NCBI GenBank assembly: GCA_039648975.1
Contig: JBBWZK010000069.1
Coordinates: 4,428-68,427, forward strand
Direction: 5' to 3'
Length of the DNA: 64,000 bases
Origin: Blastocatellia bacterium
GTDB taxonomy: Bacteria > Acidobacteriota > Blastocatellia > UBA7656
The stretch's first letter is position 1; each line of letters begins with the position of its first letter. Made by a program: the position numbers and the translations under genes. Shown piece by piece: positions 35,810 through 45,109 of the stretch. The notes under the pieces were generated by a model, which saw only the letters and a list, made by a program, of their open reading frames with translations, was not told the origin of the DNA and did not search any database.

Positions 35810-36568
35810 TCACATCAGTTGGCACAACGCTATTTTCCAGCCGGTCAACCCTTGGGGTACAGCCTTAAAACGACGGTGTTCCGTCCCGAATAGCAAAATG
35901 TTATGCGCCCCCGCCGTAGCCACTTCGATTGCCCGCTTCGCATGCGCCTGGCCGCGCACTTCGCGGAAGTCTTCCGGGTAATCATCGAGGTGCGCCAGCA
36001 AGGTTTCGGCTTCGATCTCAAGCGGCGCGGGCGGCGTCGGGCTATTGATCAACTCGACTACCGCCTTGAGCGAAGCGACCGGATAAACGTTGACGCCCGT
36101 GACGACCGCCGCTTCCTCGGCGTTCTCTTCGGGCAGCAGCAAACGCTTTGCGCCATTAGCCCGCGCTGCTACCGCGATGGATAGCGCGCCCTTGACGGGG
36201 CGCACGCGACCGTCGAGCGATAACTCGCCGACGATCACCGTGTCGGTCAACTCTTCGCATTTGAGGTCGCCGTTCGCGCCGAGAATGCCGACGGCAATCG
36301 GCAGGTCGAAGCTTGAGCCTTCTTTCTTCACATCGGCGGGCGCGAGGTTGACCGTGACGCGATGAATCGGGAAGAAGAAGCCGCAGTTATTGATGGCGGC
36401 GCGAATGCGTTCGCGGCTCTCGCGCACGGCGGCGTCCGGCAGTCCGACCATAGTGAACGACGGCGCGAGGCTGTCGCCCGCCTTCGGCGTCAGGTCAACT
36501 TCAACGTCCATCACGTAGGCATCAATGCCATACACGGCGGCGCTCAAGGTCTTGAATAGCATGGCCAC
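35810..36568 (-). pseudogene. comM: comM/yifB (Mg-chelatase-like competence ATPase), 5' fragment truncated by insertion
   Basis: The N-terminal Lon-like domain and ..DFREVRGQAHAKRAIEVATAGAHNILLFG are intact. The expected GPPGxGKT is replaced by TEHRRFKAV... from nt 35884 downward. A stop follows at 35810. Confidence 0.8.
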
Positions 36569-37016
36569 TCCCCCTGCGTTGATCAGGCCGCAAGCCTGTT
36601 TGATACGGATTTAGTCGTTGCCCGCGCTGACAGACGCAATCGCGCCGCAGTTCGCCTGGCTTTCAGATTGACTTAGGTGGGGAAGCTATTCAGCTTGTCG
36701 AGTCGGGATCAGCCGCCTTTTATTAACGAAGCAATCTATGCTTAAAATTTCTCTTTTACCTGGCAGCAGATTCATTCTACCTCAGGAATTCAAACAAGGC
36801 ATGAGAAAGGCGGCAAGTTCGTCGAGGGCTAAACTTTCCGCGCCCGACTGCCAGCCGGCGCTCGGCTGCGGTAAGCGCATCTTTATAGCAATCGAGTGTA
36901 TGATCAATTAAAAAGGCGTTGATCCACTTTTATAATTATGATAACTTAGCAACCATCGTTGGTTTTGGATTATTGTTCCCTGTAAATATGTCTCCGGCAT
37001 CTGAAAGGAGAACGCC

Positions 37017-37733
37017 ATGAAAAAAGGATTTCGCGCTTTGTGTCTGATGGTTTTTGGAATCGGCATATTGTCATTCTCGCTGGCATGGGAAAAAAGCAAG
37101 AGTGACGTTGAGCCATCCCGCCCTTTCGTGGCGGTTTATTACCAAGCCCATGCAACTCCTGATGGCAAGCGAACTATCACCAGTTGGCGCACGAGGTATG
37201 TCAAGGCAAACGGCGAATGGAAAGTCGTCGCGCACGGCTCTGATGCCATCGCTGCTTTTGCATATGATGCCGCAGGCGCTTCGGGAACCTCGTCAACGGT
37301 TCTTGCCGGAACGGCTGAAGGTGTTTTTGTCAAACCCTCTGGCGCAACGGAGCGCAAATCATTAGGCTCCGCTTCTACTGAGAAGTCATGGGACTCCTCC
37401 GTTCCTGAGATGCTCGATAAGAAATTTCACTCACATAGTTTTCTGAGGAATCACCCGGAATTTGTTCGCATGGATAAGGTTGCCGGATTGGAAGTCTATG
37501 TCCTGAGGTGGGTCAGTGAAGACAATCAGAATTTCTGGGTTGAAGATAGTTATTCTCCCTTAACAGGTAGAAACCCGCTGCGAATCCTTTCGCATGAGCT
37601 TGATGGCAGTGAATATATGATTGAAGCAGTTAAGGTAGAGTTCAGAGACCTGCCTGACAACTTGAATGACGACATCCAATCGCTACCCAACACTGGACAT
37701 TTGGGCGATAAGACGACACCGCCCAAGCAATAG
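37017..37733 (+). CDS. Secreted protein, unknown function
   Basis: Signal peptide MKKGFRALCLMVFGIGILSFSLA. AAAGGAG lies upstream of the ATG. Confidence 0.5.
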   Translation: MKKGFRALCLMVFGIGILSFSLAWEKSKSDVEPSRPFVAVYYQAHATPDGKRTITSWRTRYVKANGEWKVVAHGSDAIAAFAYDAAGASGTSSTVLAGTAEGVFVKPSGATERKSLGSASTEKSWDSSVPEMLDKKFHSHSFLRNHPEFVRMDKVAGLEVYVLRWVSEDNQNFWVEDSYSPLTGRNPLRILSHELDGSEYMIEAVKVEFRDLPDNLNDDIQSLPNTGHLGDKTTPPKQ

Positions 37734-37790
37734 AATGCAAATTAACCTCTGATCCACTACCGCATAACTTTACTCACAGGAGGGGCAGGC

Positions 37791-38660
37791 TTACAGGCTT
37801 GTCCCTCCTGTCGTTTTTCCACCTTCTTTGTGTAAAGCCTGATCGAGCGCGGCGAATTCATCGAGCGATAAGGTCTCCGCGCGGCGCTGCGGATTAATGC
37901 CCGCCCGTTCAAGCACCACAGCAATCTCATTCGTGATGCCGAGCGCAGAGCGTGCGGCTTTCAAGTTGTTGGCTATCGTCTTGCGCCGTTGCGCGAAGGC
38001 AGCGCGCACCAGCGCGAAGAACCGCGCTTCGTCTGTGACATCAACCGCAGGCTGCTCGCGCACGGTCAGCCGCAGAATAGCCGATTGCACTTTCGGACGC
38101 GGGCGGAACGCGCTCGCCGGCACGTCGAATAGCTTCGCGGCCCGACAATGATACTGCACGAGCACCGAAAGATAGCCGTAGTCGCGGCTGCCGGGCGGAC
38201 TCGCGATGCGCTCGACGACTTCGCTTTGCAGCATCAAGGTCATGTCGAATAGCCGGTCGCCGAGGCGCATCAGCCGCTCAATGATCGGCGTCGAAATGTA
38301 ATAAGGCAGGTTCGCAACCACACGTATGCGCGGTCGGCCATCCGTGTGCGTCGCGGTGCGCCATCCTTCGCTTGCCGAATCGAGCAACGCGTTCCAGTCG
38401 ACGCCCATTGCATCAGCTTCGATGATGGCAACACGGTCAGCGGCAAAGCTGCGCCGCAACTCTTCGATTAAGCGTTGATCAATCTCAATGGCGAGCAGGT
38501 AAGGGCTGGCCTCCAACAGCAAGCCTGTGAGCGCGCCGGTGCCTGGGCCGATCTCGATAATCAGATCACCCGGCTGAGGCCGGACGCTATCGACAATGCG
38601 GCGCGCGATCTGGCGGTCGGCGAGAAAGTTCTGTCCGAGACTTTTCTTTGCGGTAATCAA
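37791..38660 (-). CDS. rsmA: 16S rRNA (adenine1518/1519-N6)-dimethyltransferase
   Basis: KSLGQNFLADRQIARRIVDSV..IIEIGPGTGALT..NLPYYISTPI matches RsmA/KsgA. Confidence 0.9.
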   Translation of the reverse strand: MITAKKSLGQNFLADRQIARRIVDSVRPQPGDLIIEIGPGTGALTGLLLEASPYLLAIEIDQRLIEELRRSFAADRVAIIEADAMGVDWNALLDSASEGWRTATHTDGRPRIRVVANLPYYISTPIIERLMRLGDRLFDMTLMLQSEVVERIASPPGSRDYGYLSVLVQYHCRAAKLFDVPASAFRPRPKVQSAILRLTVREQPAVDVTDEARFFALVRAAFAQRRKTIANNLKAARSALGITNEIAVVLERAGINPQRRAETLSLDEFAALDQALHKEGGKTTGGTSL

Positions 38661-38662
38661 GC

Positions 38663-39661
38663 TTACTTTTCGTCGCGGTATCGCGGATAGCCGGTGAACT
38701 CTTTGAAGCCTGGTGATTCGGTGATGACCACCGCTTGCATCTCACGGGCAATAGCTTGCTGCTGATCTGCCGAGCCTGCGGCGTCGACGATGCAGGTCAC
38801 TTTGTCAGCCGCATGAACGAGCGGCGAGGCTTTCGTTGATGCAGCCAATACCAGCACGCTTACGGCGCGCAACTCGGCAAGCGGGGCGAGCAGTCTTGCC
38901 GCAAGGATTTGCTGATCTGCCAAGCTTTCGCTGGCAGGCGCGATTCTGGCCAGTTCAATGGTCGAGGCTTTCTCGCGATCATTCATCGTCGGCAACCGTG
39001 CGCCGGCTCGCTGCAAGACCGCGCGCGCGCCGGCGATGATCAGCGGACGGTGCCGATGTCTTGCAAAACTTGATTGCAGGATATTCAACGTTGCCGCGCT
39101 CAATGATTCGAGCAGAATCGCATCGTACTCCGTTGCGGTTTCGAGAAATTTGGTTGAGGGTATCCAGGCGCGCACGGTTTGCTCGATGGCCTCAACCCGC
39201 ACCGCATGGATGAAAGGCAAACCGGTTTGTGCGAACTTGAAGAAGGCTTCGTTGATGCGCTGCGATTCTGCTTCCAACAATCCGACCTCGACGACAATGC
39301 CGGCGTCGCGCAATTGTTCGAGGCCGCGCCCGCGAACCCGCGAATGTGGATCGGCGACCGCAATCACTGCGCGCGCGATGCCCGCTTCGATGACGGCATC
39401 CGTGCAAGGCGGCGTACGGCCTTGAAAACAACACGGCTCCAGGCTGCAATAAAGCGTCGCGCCGCGCGCCTGTTCGCCCGCCTGTTCGAGCGCGTAAACT
39501 TCGGCGTGCTTGAGATGTTCGTAAAGAAAGAAGCCTTCGCCGACGACGCGCCCATCGCGCACGACGACCGCGCCGACCGCAGGGTTCGGGCTGACCAGCC
39601 CTGTGCCGCGCCGCGCCAGTTCAAGCGCGCGCTTCATGAATTGTTCGTCGAGTTCGCTCAT
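38663..39661 (-). CDS. ribD: RibD-type pyrimidine deaminase with a divergent C-terminal domain
   Basis: The CDA zinc motifs HAEVYAL and SLEPCCFQGRTPPC are present. The C-terminal half lacks the usual reductase SLDG-type pattern. Confidence 0.7.
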   Translation of the reverse strand: MSELDEQFMKRALELARRGTGLVSPNPAVGAVVVRDGRVVGEGFFLYEHLKHAEVYALEQAGEQARGATLYCSLEPCCFQGRTPPCTDAVIEAGIARAVIAVADPHSRVRGRGLEQLRDAGIVVEVGLLEAESQRINEAFFKFAQTGLPFIHAVRVEAIEQTVRAWIPSTKFLETATEYDAILLESLSAATLNILQSSFARHRHRPLIIAGARAVLQRAGARLPTMNDREKASTIELARIAPASESLADQQILAARLLAPLAELRAVSVLVLAASTKASPLVHAADKVTCIVDAAGSADQQQAIAREMQAVVITESPGFKEFTGYPRYRDEK

Positions 39662-39679
39662 TCAATATCAGAAGAAAAT

Positions 39680-39769
39680 GGCCACAGAGGCGCCGCAGAC
39701 ACAGAGAATACCTTGGAAAAACCTGCTTTCCAAAAATCTTTCTTCATCTTTCTCTGTGTCTCTGTGGCC
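39680..39769. repeat. Inverted repeat hairpin (CACAGAG-type units) between the tsaD stop and the ribD start
   Basis: GGCCACAGAG..ACACAGAGAA (39680-39708, with a 9-nt bulge) pairs with TTCTCTGTGTCTCTGTGGCC (39750-39769). Confidence 0.7.
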
Positions 39770-39799
39770 AATCCGCTGTCCTCATTCGTGTAATTCAAT

Positions 39800-40873
39800 T
39801 TATAGACGATAGCGCGCTTTCGCGGGCACCTCGTAGCCTTCCAGCTTGAGGTTATCGAGCCTGATCGATGTTGAAGCCGTGAATGCAAGTCCATGATCAT
39901 CGCCGCGCAAGAGCTTCGGATAACCTGCCGCCGCGATCATCGCCGCATTGTCGGTCGTCAGAATCGGGCTCGGATAATAGACTGGCGCGTTGAAGTCTTC
40001 GGCCTTGAGACTCCGGCGCAGGGCGCTGTTGCAGGCGACGCCGCCGGCCAGAATGATCGTGCGCGGATGATGACGGCGCACCGCCGCACGGACGCGAGCG
40101 AGCAGCGAACGAATCACTTTATCCTGAAAGCTGGTCACCAGATTGATGATCGTTTCAGTCGGCATTTCGCCCGCTTGCAAAGGCTCGATGCGATGCTCGC
40201 GCACATAACGCAGCACGGCGGTCTTCAGGCCGCTGAAGCTGAAATCGAGATTCGGCGAATCCATGCGCGGAATCGTGAAGACTAGATCAGCCGCCCGCGC
40301 ATCGCCTTGCGTAGCCAGCCGGTCAATCACCGGCCCGCCGGGATAGCCGAGCCCCAGCAGCTTCGCCACTTTGTCGTAAGCTTCGCCTGCCGCATCATCG
40401 CGCGTCCGCCCGATGATGGCGTACTGTCCTGCTTCGGGAATCAGGAAGAGCGTCGTGTGCCCGCCCGACACCACCAGCGCCAGCGCAGGGTATTGGACCG
40501 GCGGATGCTCGAAGACCACTGAATAGATGTGACCTTCGATGTGATTGACGCCGACAATCGGCTTGCGCGCGACGAAAGCCAGCGACTTCGCGTAGCTGAT
40601 GCCGACCAGCAACGAGCCGATCAGTCCCGGCCCCTGGGTCACGGCGATGCCGTCAATCTCCTGTAAGGTCACGCCGGCATCCGCCAGGGCTTGATTGACG
40701 ACCGGCGCGATGTGATTGAGGTGTTCGCGCGAAGCCAGTTCCGGCACGACGCCGCCGAACGGCGCGTGCGTTTTAATTTGCGAAGCGATGACATTCGATA
40801 AAACCTTGCGCCCGTCTTCGATGACGGCGGCGGCAGTTTCGTCGCACGAGCTTTCAATGCCAAGTGTGAGCAT
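39800..40873 (-). CDS. tsaD: tRNA N6-adenosine threonylcarbamoyltransferase
   Basis: [41 protein letters not shown].. is the Kae1/TsaD signature. Confidence 0.9.
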   Translation of the reverse strand: MLTLGIESSCDETAAAVIEDGRKVLSNVIASQIKTHAPFGGVVPELASREHLNHIAPVVNQALADAGVTLQEIDGIAVTQGPGLIGSLLVGISYAKSLAFVARKPIVGVNHIEGHIYSVVFEHPPVQYPALALVVSGGHTTLFLIPEAGQYAIIGRTRDDAAGEAYDKVAKLLGLGYPGGPVIDRLATQGDARAADLVFTIPRMDSPNLDFSFSGLKTAVLRYVREHRIEPLQAGEMPTETIINLVTSFQDKVIRSLLARVRAAVRRHHPRTIILAGGVACNSALRRSLKAEDFNAPVYYPSPILTTDNAAMIAAAGYPKLLRGDDHGLAFTASTSIRLDNLKLEGYEVPAKARYRL

Positions 40874-40924
40874 ACATGTTTATTCTACACGAGCGGCGCA
40901 TTGCATCGAAACGCGCTGTCAAGA

Positions 40925-41049
40925 GTGACAAGTGACAAGACATGGTGAATTTATAACGATGAATGAGACGCGTGATCCAGGGAGCGCGCGGCATTCAGCG
41001 CGCCTTTCTTTCGCCCGCCACTCCTTTCTTGTCACTTGTCACTTGTCAC
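40925..41049. repeat. Heptamer-array inverted repeat (GTGACAA units) in the tsaD/adh divergent region
   Basis: GTGACAAGTGACAAGA (40925-40940) pairs with TCTTGTCACTTGTCACTTGTCAC (41027-41049). Confidence 0.8.
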
Positions 41050-41071
41050 CTCAGTTATTAATCTGAAGACC

Positions 41072-42085
41072 ATGATGAAAGCTGCCGTCCTGCACGAATA
41101 CAAACAACCGCTGGCCATCGAAACCGTCGACACGCCGATGCTTGAGGCCGATGAAGTGCTCATCAAAGTCGAAGCCTGCGGCGTCTGCCATTCCGATCTG
41201 CATCTCGCCGAAGGCGACTGGCAACAGCTATTGCGAATCATCAAGAAGCCGCTCATACCGGGCCACGAAGTCGCCGGGCGCGTGGTGGCCAGAGGCGCGG
41301 CGGTGACGACGCTCGACATAGGCGACCGCGTCGGCGTCGCGTGGGTCTACTGGACTTGCGGCGAATGTGATCTGTGCCGCGAAGGCCAAGAGAATCTCTG
41401 CCGCAAGCAGATCATCACCGGCGCGATGGTCGATGGCGGCTTTGCCGAATTCATCCGTGCGAAAGCCTCGCACGCCCTGCGCGTTCCCGACCGGCTCACT
41501 TCCGAGGAGGCCGCGCCGCTCTTCTGTGCAGGCGTGACGGTCTATCGCGCCGTCACGCGCGCCAATCTCTCTCAGGGTCAGCGGCTGGCGGTCTTCGGCA
41601 TCGGCGGGCTCGGCCACCTCGCGGTGCAGATCGCCAGACACTTCGGCGCGCAAGTGATCGCCGTTGACATCGCTGAAGACAAGCTGGAGATTGCTCGATC
41701 ATTCGGCGCCGAGATGACTATCAACGCGGCGGCGGAAGATGCTGTGAAAGCTCTGCGCAAACTCGGCGGCGCGCATGCGGCGGTGGTGACATCGGGCGCG
41801 AAGGCAGCCTATGACGCGGCATTTTATGCCGTGCGACCGGGCGGCAGGCTGGTCGTCGTCGGCATGCCTGCCGAGCCGTTGAGCTTCCCGGCCATCATGA
41901 TGCGCGAGATGACCATCACCTCGGCGGCGACCGGCACGCGCGAAGACCTGCGCGCCGTCTTGCAGTTGGCGGCAGAAGGCAAGGTGCGTTGTTTGATCGA
42001 CACCGCGCCGCTTGAAGCGATCAACGACATTCTTGATGCGATGCGCGGCGGCAAAATCGCGGGCCGCGTGGTGCTGAAGTTTTAG
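41072..42085 (+). CDS. Zinc-dependent alcohol dehydrogenase
   Basis: CGVCHSDLHLAEGDW and the GIGGLGHLAVQ Rossmann motif are present. ATG ATG at 41072-41077; the track ORF starts at an upstream TTG inside a repeat. Confidence 0.85.
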   Translation: MMKAAVLHEYKQPLAIETVDTPMLEADEVLIKVEACGVCHSDLHLAEGDWQQLLRIIKKPLIPGHEVAGRVVARGAAVTTLDIGDRVGVAWVYWTCGECDLCREGQENLCRKQIITGAMVDGGFAEFIRAKASHALRVPDRLTSEEAAPLFCAGVTVYRAVTRANLSQGQRLAVFGIGGLGHLAVQIARHFGAQVIAVDIAEDKLEIARSFGAEMTINAAAEDAVKALRKLGGAHAAVVTSGAKAAYDAAFYAVRPGGRLVVVGMPAEPLSFPAIMMREMTITSAATGTREDLRAVLQLAAEGKVRCLIDTAPLEAINDILDAMRGGKIAGRVVLKF

Positions 42086-42920
42086 GCAGGCCGCTGTGGT
42101 TGCGCCCCTGTTTTAACGACTGGCGCGGCTTCCATTCAATTTTGGAGGTAAAGCTGTAGGGTTTAAGACAAGGATAAAACGGGTTGCGAGAGGCTAATTG
42201 CGGCCAGCCAGGTTCAAGACGAACGCATACTATGCAATTCGGCTTTTCAGCAAAGAAAGCGTTCACCCTCCAAGACAAGTCGGTATAGTTTACATAAAGC
42301 GGCTCAACCGGCGGAGCGTCATTCCCATGGCAAGGATCAGGCAACGGGCCTTCTTCTCGGTTTAGCCCCGCCGGGTCGATGAAATCCAGCGGCGCATTCA
42401 GCACATAGGCATAGCGATTCCAACTCTGCGGCGACTCCGCTCCGGCGCTCGCCTTAAACGGATCGGCGGATTGGAAGCGTCCCGTACCAGATGAATAATT
42501 CCGGTTCGCCGCATAGTCAGTGCCGCTCTGGCTGTCGCGCTCATAGCTGGTGAAGTGCTGCTTCTGCTGCGTGCCGCTCTCAGCGAAGTCTTCGCCAAAT
42601 GGCAGGTGCGCCTGCTGGCCAACCGCTGTGCCGCTTGTGTTCAAGGTCAACCGCACACTCAGCTGGTCGTTCAGCAGGTAAGTCGTCGTGCCGCCAACGA
42701 TCCTGGCAATCTTCCAGTTGCCGGCGTAGACATAATTCACCAACACTGCGCCCGTGCTGCCGTTATGTTCAGCTAATCCCTGTCCGCCTTTCCAGAGGTA
42801 ATGCGTCACCGTGCTGCCGACGGTCGTTTTGTACCGCCGGTTCTGATGGTCATAGCTGTAGCTCGCCGTCGCTCCACCATCCACGCTCACCAGCCGGTTC
42901 TCCGAGTCATAGGCCCAAAC
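42021..42920 (-). pseudogene. Orphan Rhs core-end plus truncated toxin tip (no own start)
   Basis: It is homologous to the main Rhs C-terminal core (..YSYDHQNRRYKTT..SVRLTLNTSG..HLPFGEDFAESGTQQKQHFTSYERDSQSGTDYA..DPAGL). Homology begins right after the stop of the upstream gene. The tail reads into the 3' end of adh. Confidence 0.7.
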
Positions 42921-42925
42921 GGCTC

Positions 42926-43486
42926 TTACTGCTTGCAGAGTCGAATGGCCTGTGCAAATGCTTGGCCGACTCTTTCAGCGATCTTTTTACTTCTGCTGTT
43001 AAGAACAATGGTCACCTGGTCAAGGGCATAAATTTCCGGCTCACCGTTAAGCTTTACCAAGTCCGCCGTTACTGCATTTTTCTTATCCACAGTAAAAATG
43101 TCTATTGTGAAGCCTGTCATACCTGGAGAAAGTTTGCTGATTTTTATGCTGACAGGGTCTAAATCTCTTAGCTGAAAACCTAATTTTTCAGTACCGCTCT
43201 GGGGCTTCCTATCCGGAAAGGAACGCTTTTGGAAGTCATTTTGTATCTCCATCCGACAGCCATCAACAACTGCGATTTTCGAGGTGTAGATGATTTGAGC
43301 ATCATTGCGTTTATGGGTGATAATGGCATCACGGTCAAGTTGATCTTTAATCCAATTCAGTGTGTCCTGAAGTGAAGAGTTGCTGTCTTGAACACCAACG
43401 GGCTCTGGGTATGCCGCAAGATCCGTTGCAAGCAGCAACATAAGCATGAAAAACAGGACAGCAGCGCGAAGCACGTTTTTTTTCAT
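42926..43486 (-). CDS. Secreted/lipoprotein-like protein (immunity candidate for the HExxH cassette)
   Basis: The ATG at 43484-43486 follows AAAGGAG. The signal peptide is MKKNVLRAAVLFFMLMLLLA. It lies directly downstream of the orphan toxin fragment. Confidence 0.45.
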   Translation of the reverse strand: MKKNVLRAAVLFFMLMLLLATDLAAYPEPVGVQDSNSSLQDTLNWIKDQLDRDAIITHKRNDAQIIYTSKIAVVDGCRMEIQNDFQKRSFPDRKPQSGTEKLGFQLRDLDPVSIKISKLSPGMTGFTIDIFTVDKKNAVTADLVKLNGEPEIYALDQVTIVLNSRSKKIAERVGQAFAQAIRLCKQ

Positions 43487-43699
43487 GGGAGGCGCTCCTT
43501 TCATTTCAAGGCTATTCAGAACCGTATGCCACGATCACCATTGTCCATCCATCCTTGGCCTTGCGCTGAATTCTATAACAGAGTAGCGGAACACTTCCTG
43601 GTTGAACATCGCACGCACACGCTGTGATGGAACTGACCCATTGCCGGATCAACCAGGCAAATTTCATCTTGCTGCTTCCGCACACCTACCGAATCGGAT

Positions 43700-44194
43700 T
43701 CACTTTTTCTTATTTCGCGGGCAGCCGTGATCCAAAAAATCATCGATGGCATCTGAAGCTGAGAATTCGGGGCCGTCATACCCAAACAAAGCTTTCGCAA
43801 TTGCCCCATGGTTGCCCGTACCATAGAAGAGATGCAAAACCTCATGGGTAATGATTCTATTACGATGGTACTGACCAAATATTCCTTCCGAATAGAATCT
43901 TCTACCCACAGCGATTGTATTTTCCTGAATCCAGCTTCCCGCCCAAACATAGCTAAGCCTGTTGAAGATGTTGGCGTCCGCAGAATGACTGTACAAATCA
44001 ACCTCGAAGAATACATGGTTATTAGCGATGGCTTTGTTATGTTCGTCTTTCTCGAAATCAATATAATAAGCGTTTCTAGCCCTGTTCAAAAACGACCAGA
44101 GGATTCCCTTATTGAAAAAGTATGTCGTACAACCAGGCTTGTCAGCGAAGAAAGGATAAACTCTATAAGTCGGTATAGTTTACATAAAGCGGCT
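43700..44194 (-). pseudogene. Orphan toxin C-terminal cassette with an HExxH metallopeptidase motif, frame-disrupted at its 5' junction
   Basis: An ITHEVLH motif is present. The 5' end shares ..PLYVNYTDL and ..FFADKPGC.. with the other orphan, but a stop and frame change intervene (44165-44190). There is no ATG. Confidence 0.5.
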
Positions 44195-44256
44195 TATCCG
44201 AATGAATAATCCACATCTAGCCGCAAAGAGAAACGTCGTTGTTAATTCAAATCCGC

Positions 44257-45045
44257 TCAGTTGGACTTCCAAATCTGCCTTATGGCTTCTTTAACATAAC
44301 GAAGGAGTTCCTCATCCCTATTTTTGTTTAGTAATTCTTCCAGAATTGGCAGGGCGCGAGTGTCGCCCATAGCTCCCAAAATCATAGCGGCCCTTGCCTG
44401 GATTTTGACCGTTTCTGCCCTGATGAAAAATTCCGAAGGGGTATGATCAAAACCAAATTTGGTAGCAGCGGCTCTTGATTCTGCCGTCTCAATTGCTTCA
44501 ATGATTCTTGGAAATATCACAGGGCCTATCCTTACTAAAGCTTTCATTGCCGGGTTCATTCTCTCTTCCGAACCTATGCTATCTTCCGTTTCCATCATCT
44601 TCATAAGAACAGGGATCGCTGCCTCAGCGCGCAAGCGTCCGAGCAATTCACATATATCTGATTTTAACCTCCAATTCACTACTAATTCTCCTAATTGATT
44701 TACAAGCCTTACCGCTTCTCTTCGACTCTCTTTTGGAAGCGAGCGTAAACGTTCGTCAAGCTCAGATGCCTCCATTTCTTTGCCACGTAAATACCTTGCT
44801 GTGGGATTTGTGATAATATCTTGAAGAAGATCTATGAGAGGTTGCACAGAGGCTTGTCCTAGTTGAATGAGTTTCTCTTTTGCCGCTTGTCTTTCTTCGT
44901 CATTTGCTGACCATAAGTCATCGATTGCGCCGGCAACCTCACGATCTTGTGATACTCTCTGTTGGGGGTAGCTGGTTAATCGCCCCCCCGAGCCGAAAGC
45001 TAGAGTGAGTATCCCGCTGATCGCCAAAAATCTCTTCAAGCGCAT
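44257..45045 (-). CDS. HEAT-repeat protein with a signal peptide (immunity candidate of the main Rhs toxin)
   Basis: PBS-lyase/HEAT-like repeats are present (..AAIPVLMKMMETED.., ..RALPILEELLNKNRDEE..). It sits 64 nt downstream of the Rhs stop. Confidence 0.5.
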   Translation of the reverse strand: MRLKRFLAISGILTLAFGSGGRLTSYPQQRVSQDREVAGAIDDLWSANDEERQAAKEKLIQLGQASVQPLIDLLQDIITNPTARYLRGKEMEASELDERLRSLPKESRREAVRLVNQLGELVVNWRLKSDICELLGRLRAEAAIPVLMKMMETEDSIGSEERMNPAMKALVRIGPVIFPRIIEAIETAESRAAATKFGFDHTPSEFFIRAETVKIQARAAMILGAMGDTRALPILEELLNKNRDEELLRYVKEAIRQIWKSN

Positions 45046-45109
45046 TTATTCACCTCCGTACTATGTGACGTAAGCTGCACCGACACCATCAATACTGCGA
45101 GGGCTGTTA

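Larger units (their letters stand above)
1..35885. mobile_element. Inserted DNA segment bounded on the right by the comM break; left end lies beyond the window
   Basis: comM homology stops at 35885. Everything to the left is phage, Abi or cargo genes with patchy low GC. The 3' half of comM is not in the window. Confidence 0.5.

Noticed and set aside
35745-35981. 78-aa plus-strand ORF across the comM junction
   Set aside because: It spans the boundary between unrelated sequences and is antisense to the comM remnant.
38836-39812. Several ORFs in other frames or on the other strand of ribD, and the 130-aa and 71-aa ORFs antisense to tsaD (39893-40522)
   Set aside because: They are GC-rich shadow frames. 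The annotated frames carry unmistakable RibD and TsaD motifs.
43573-44209. The 162-aa minus-strand ORF and 133-aa plus-strand ORF overlapping the HExxH fragment
   Set aside because: They are alternative frames of a decayed cassette. Only the frame with HEVLH, and with homology to the other orphan tip, is interpretable.
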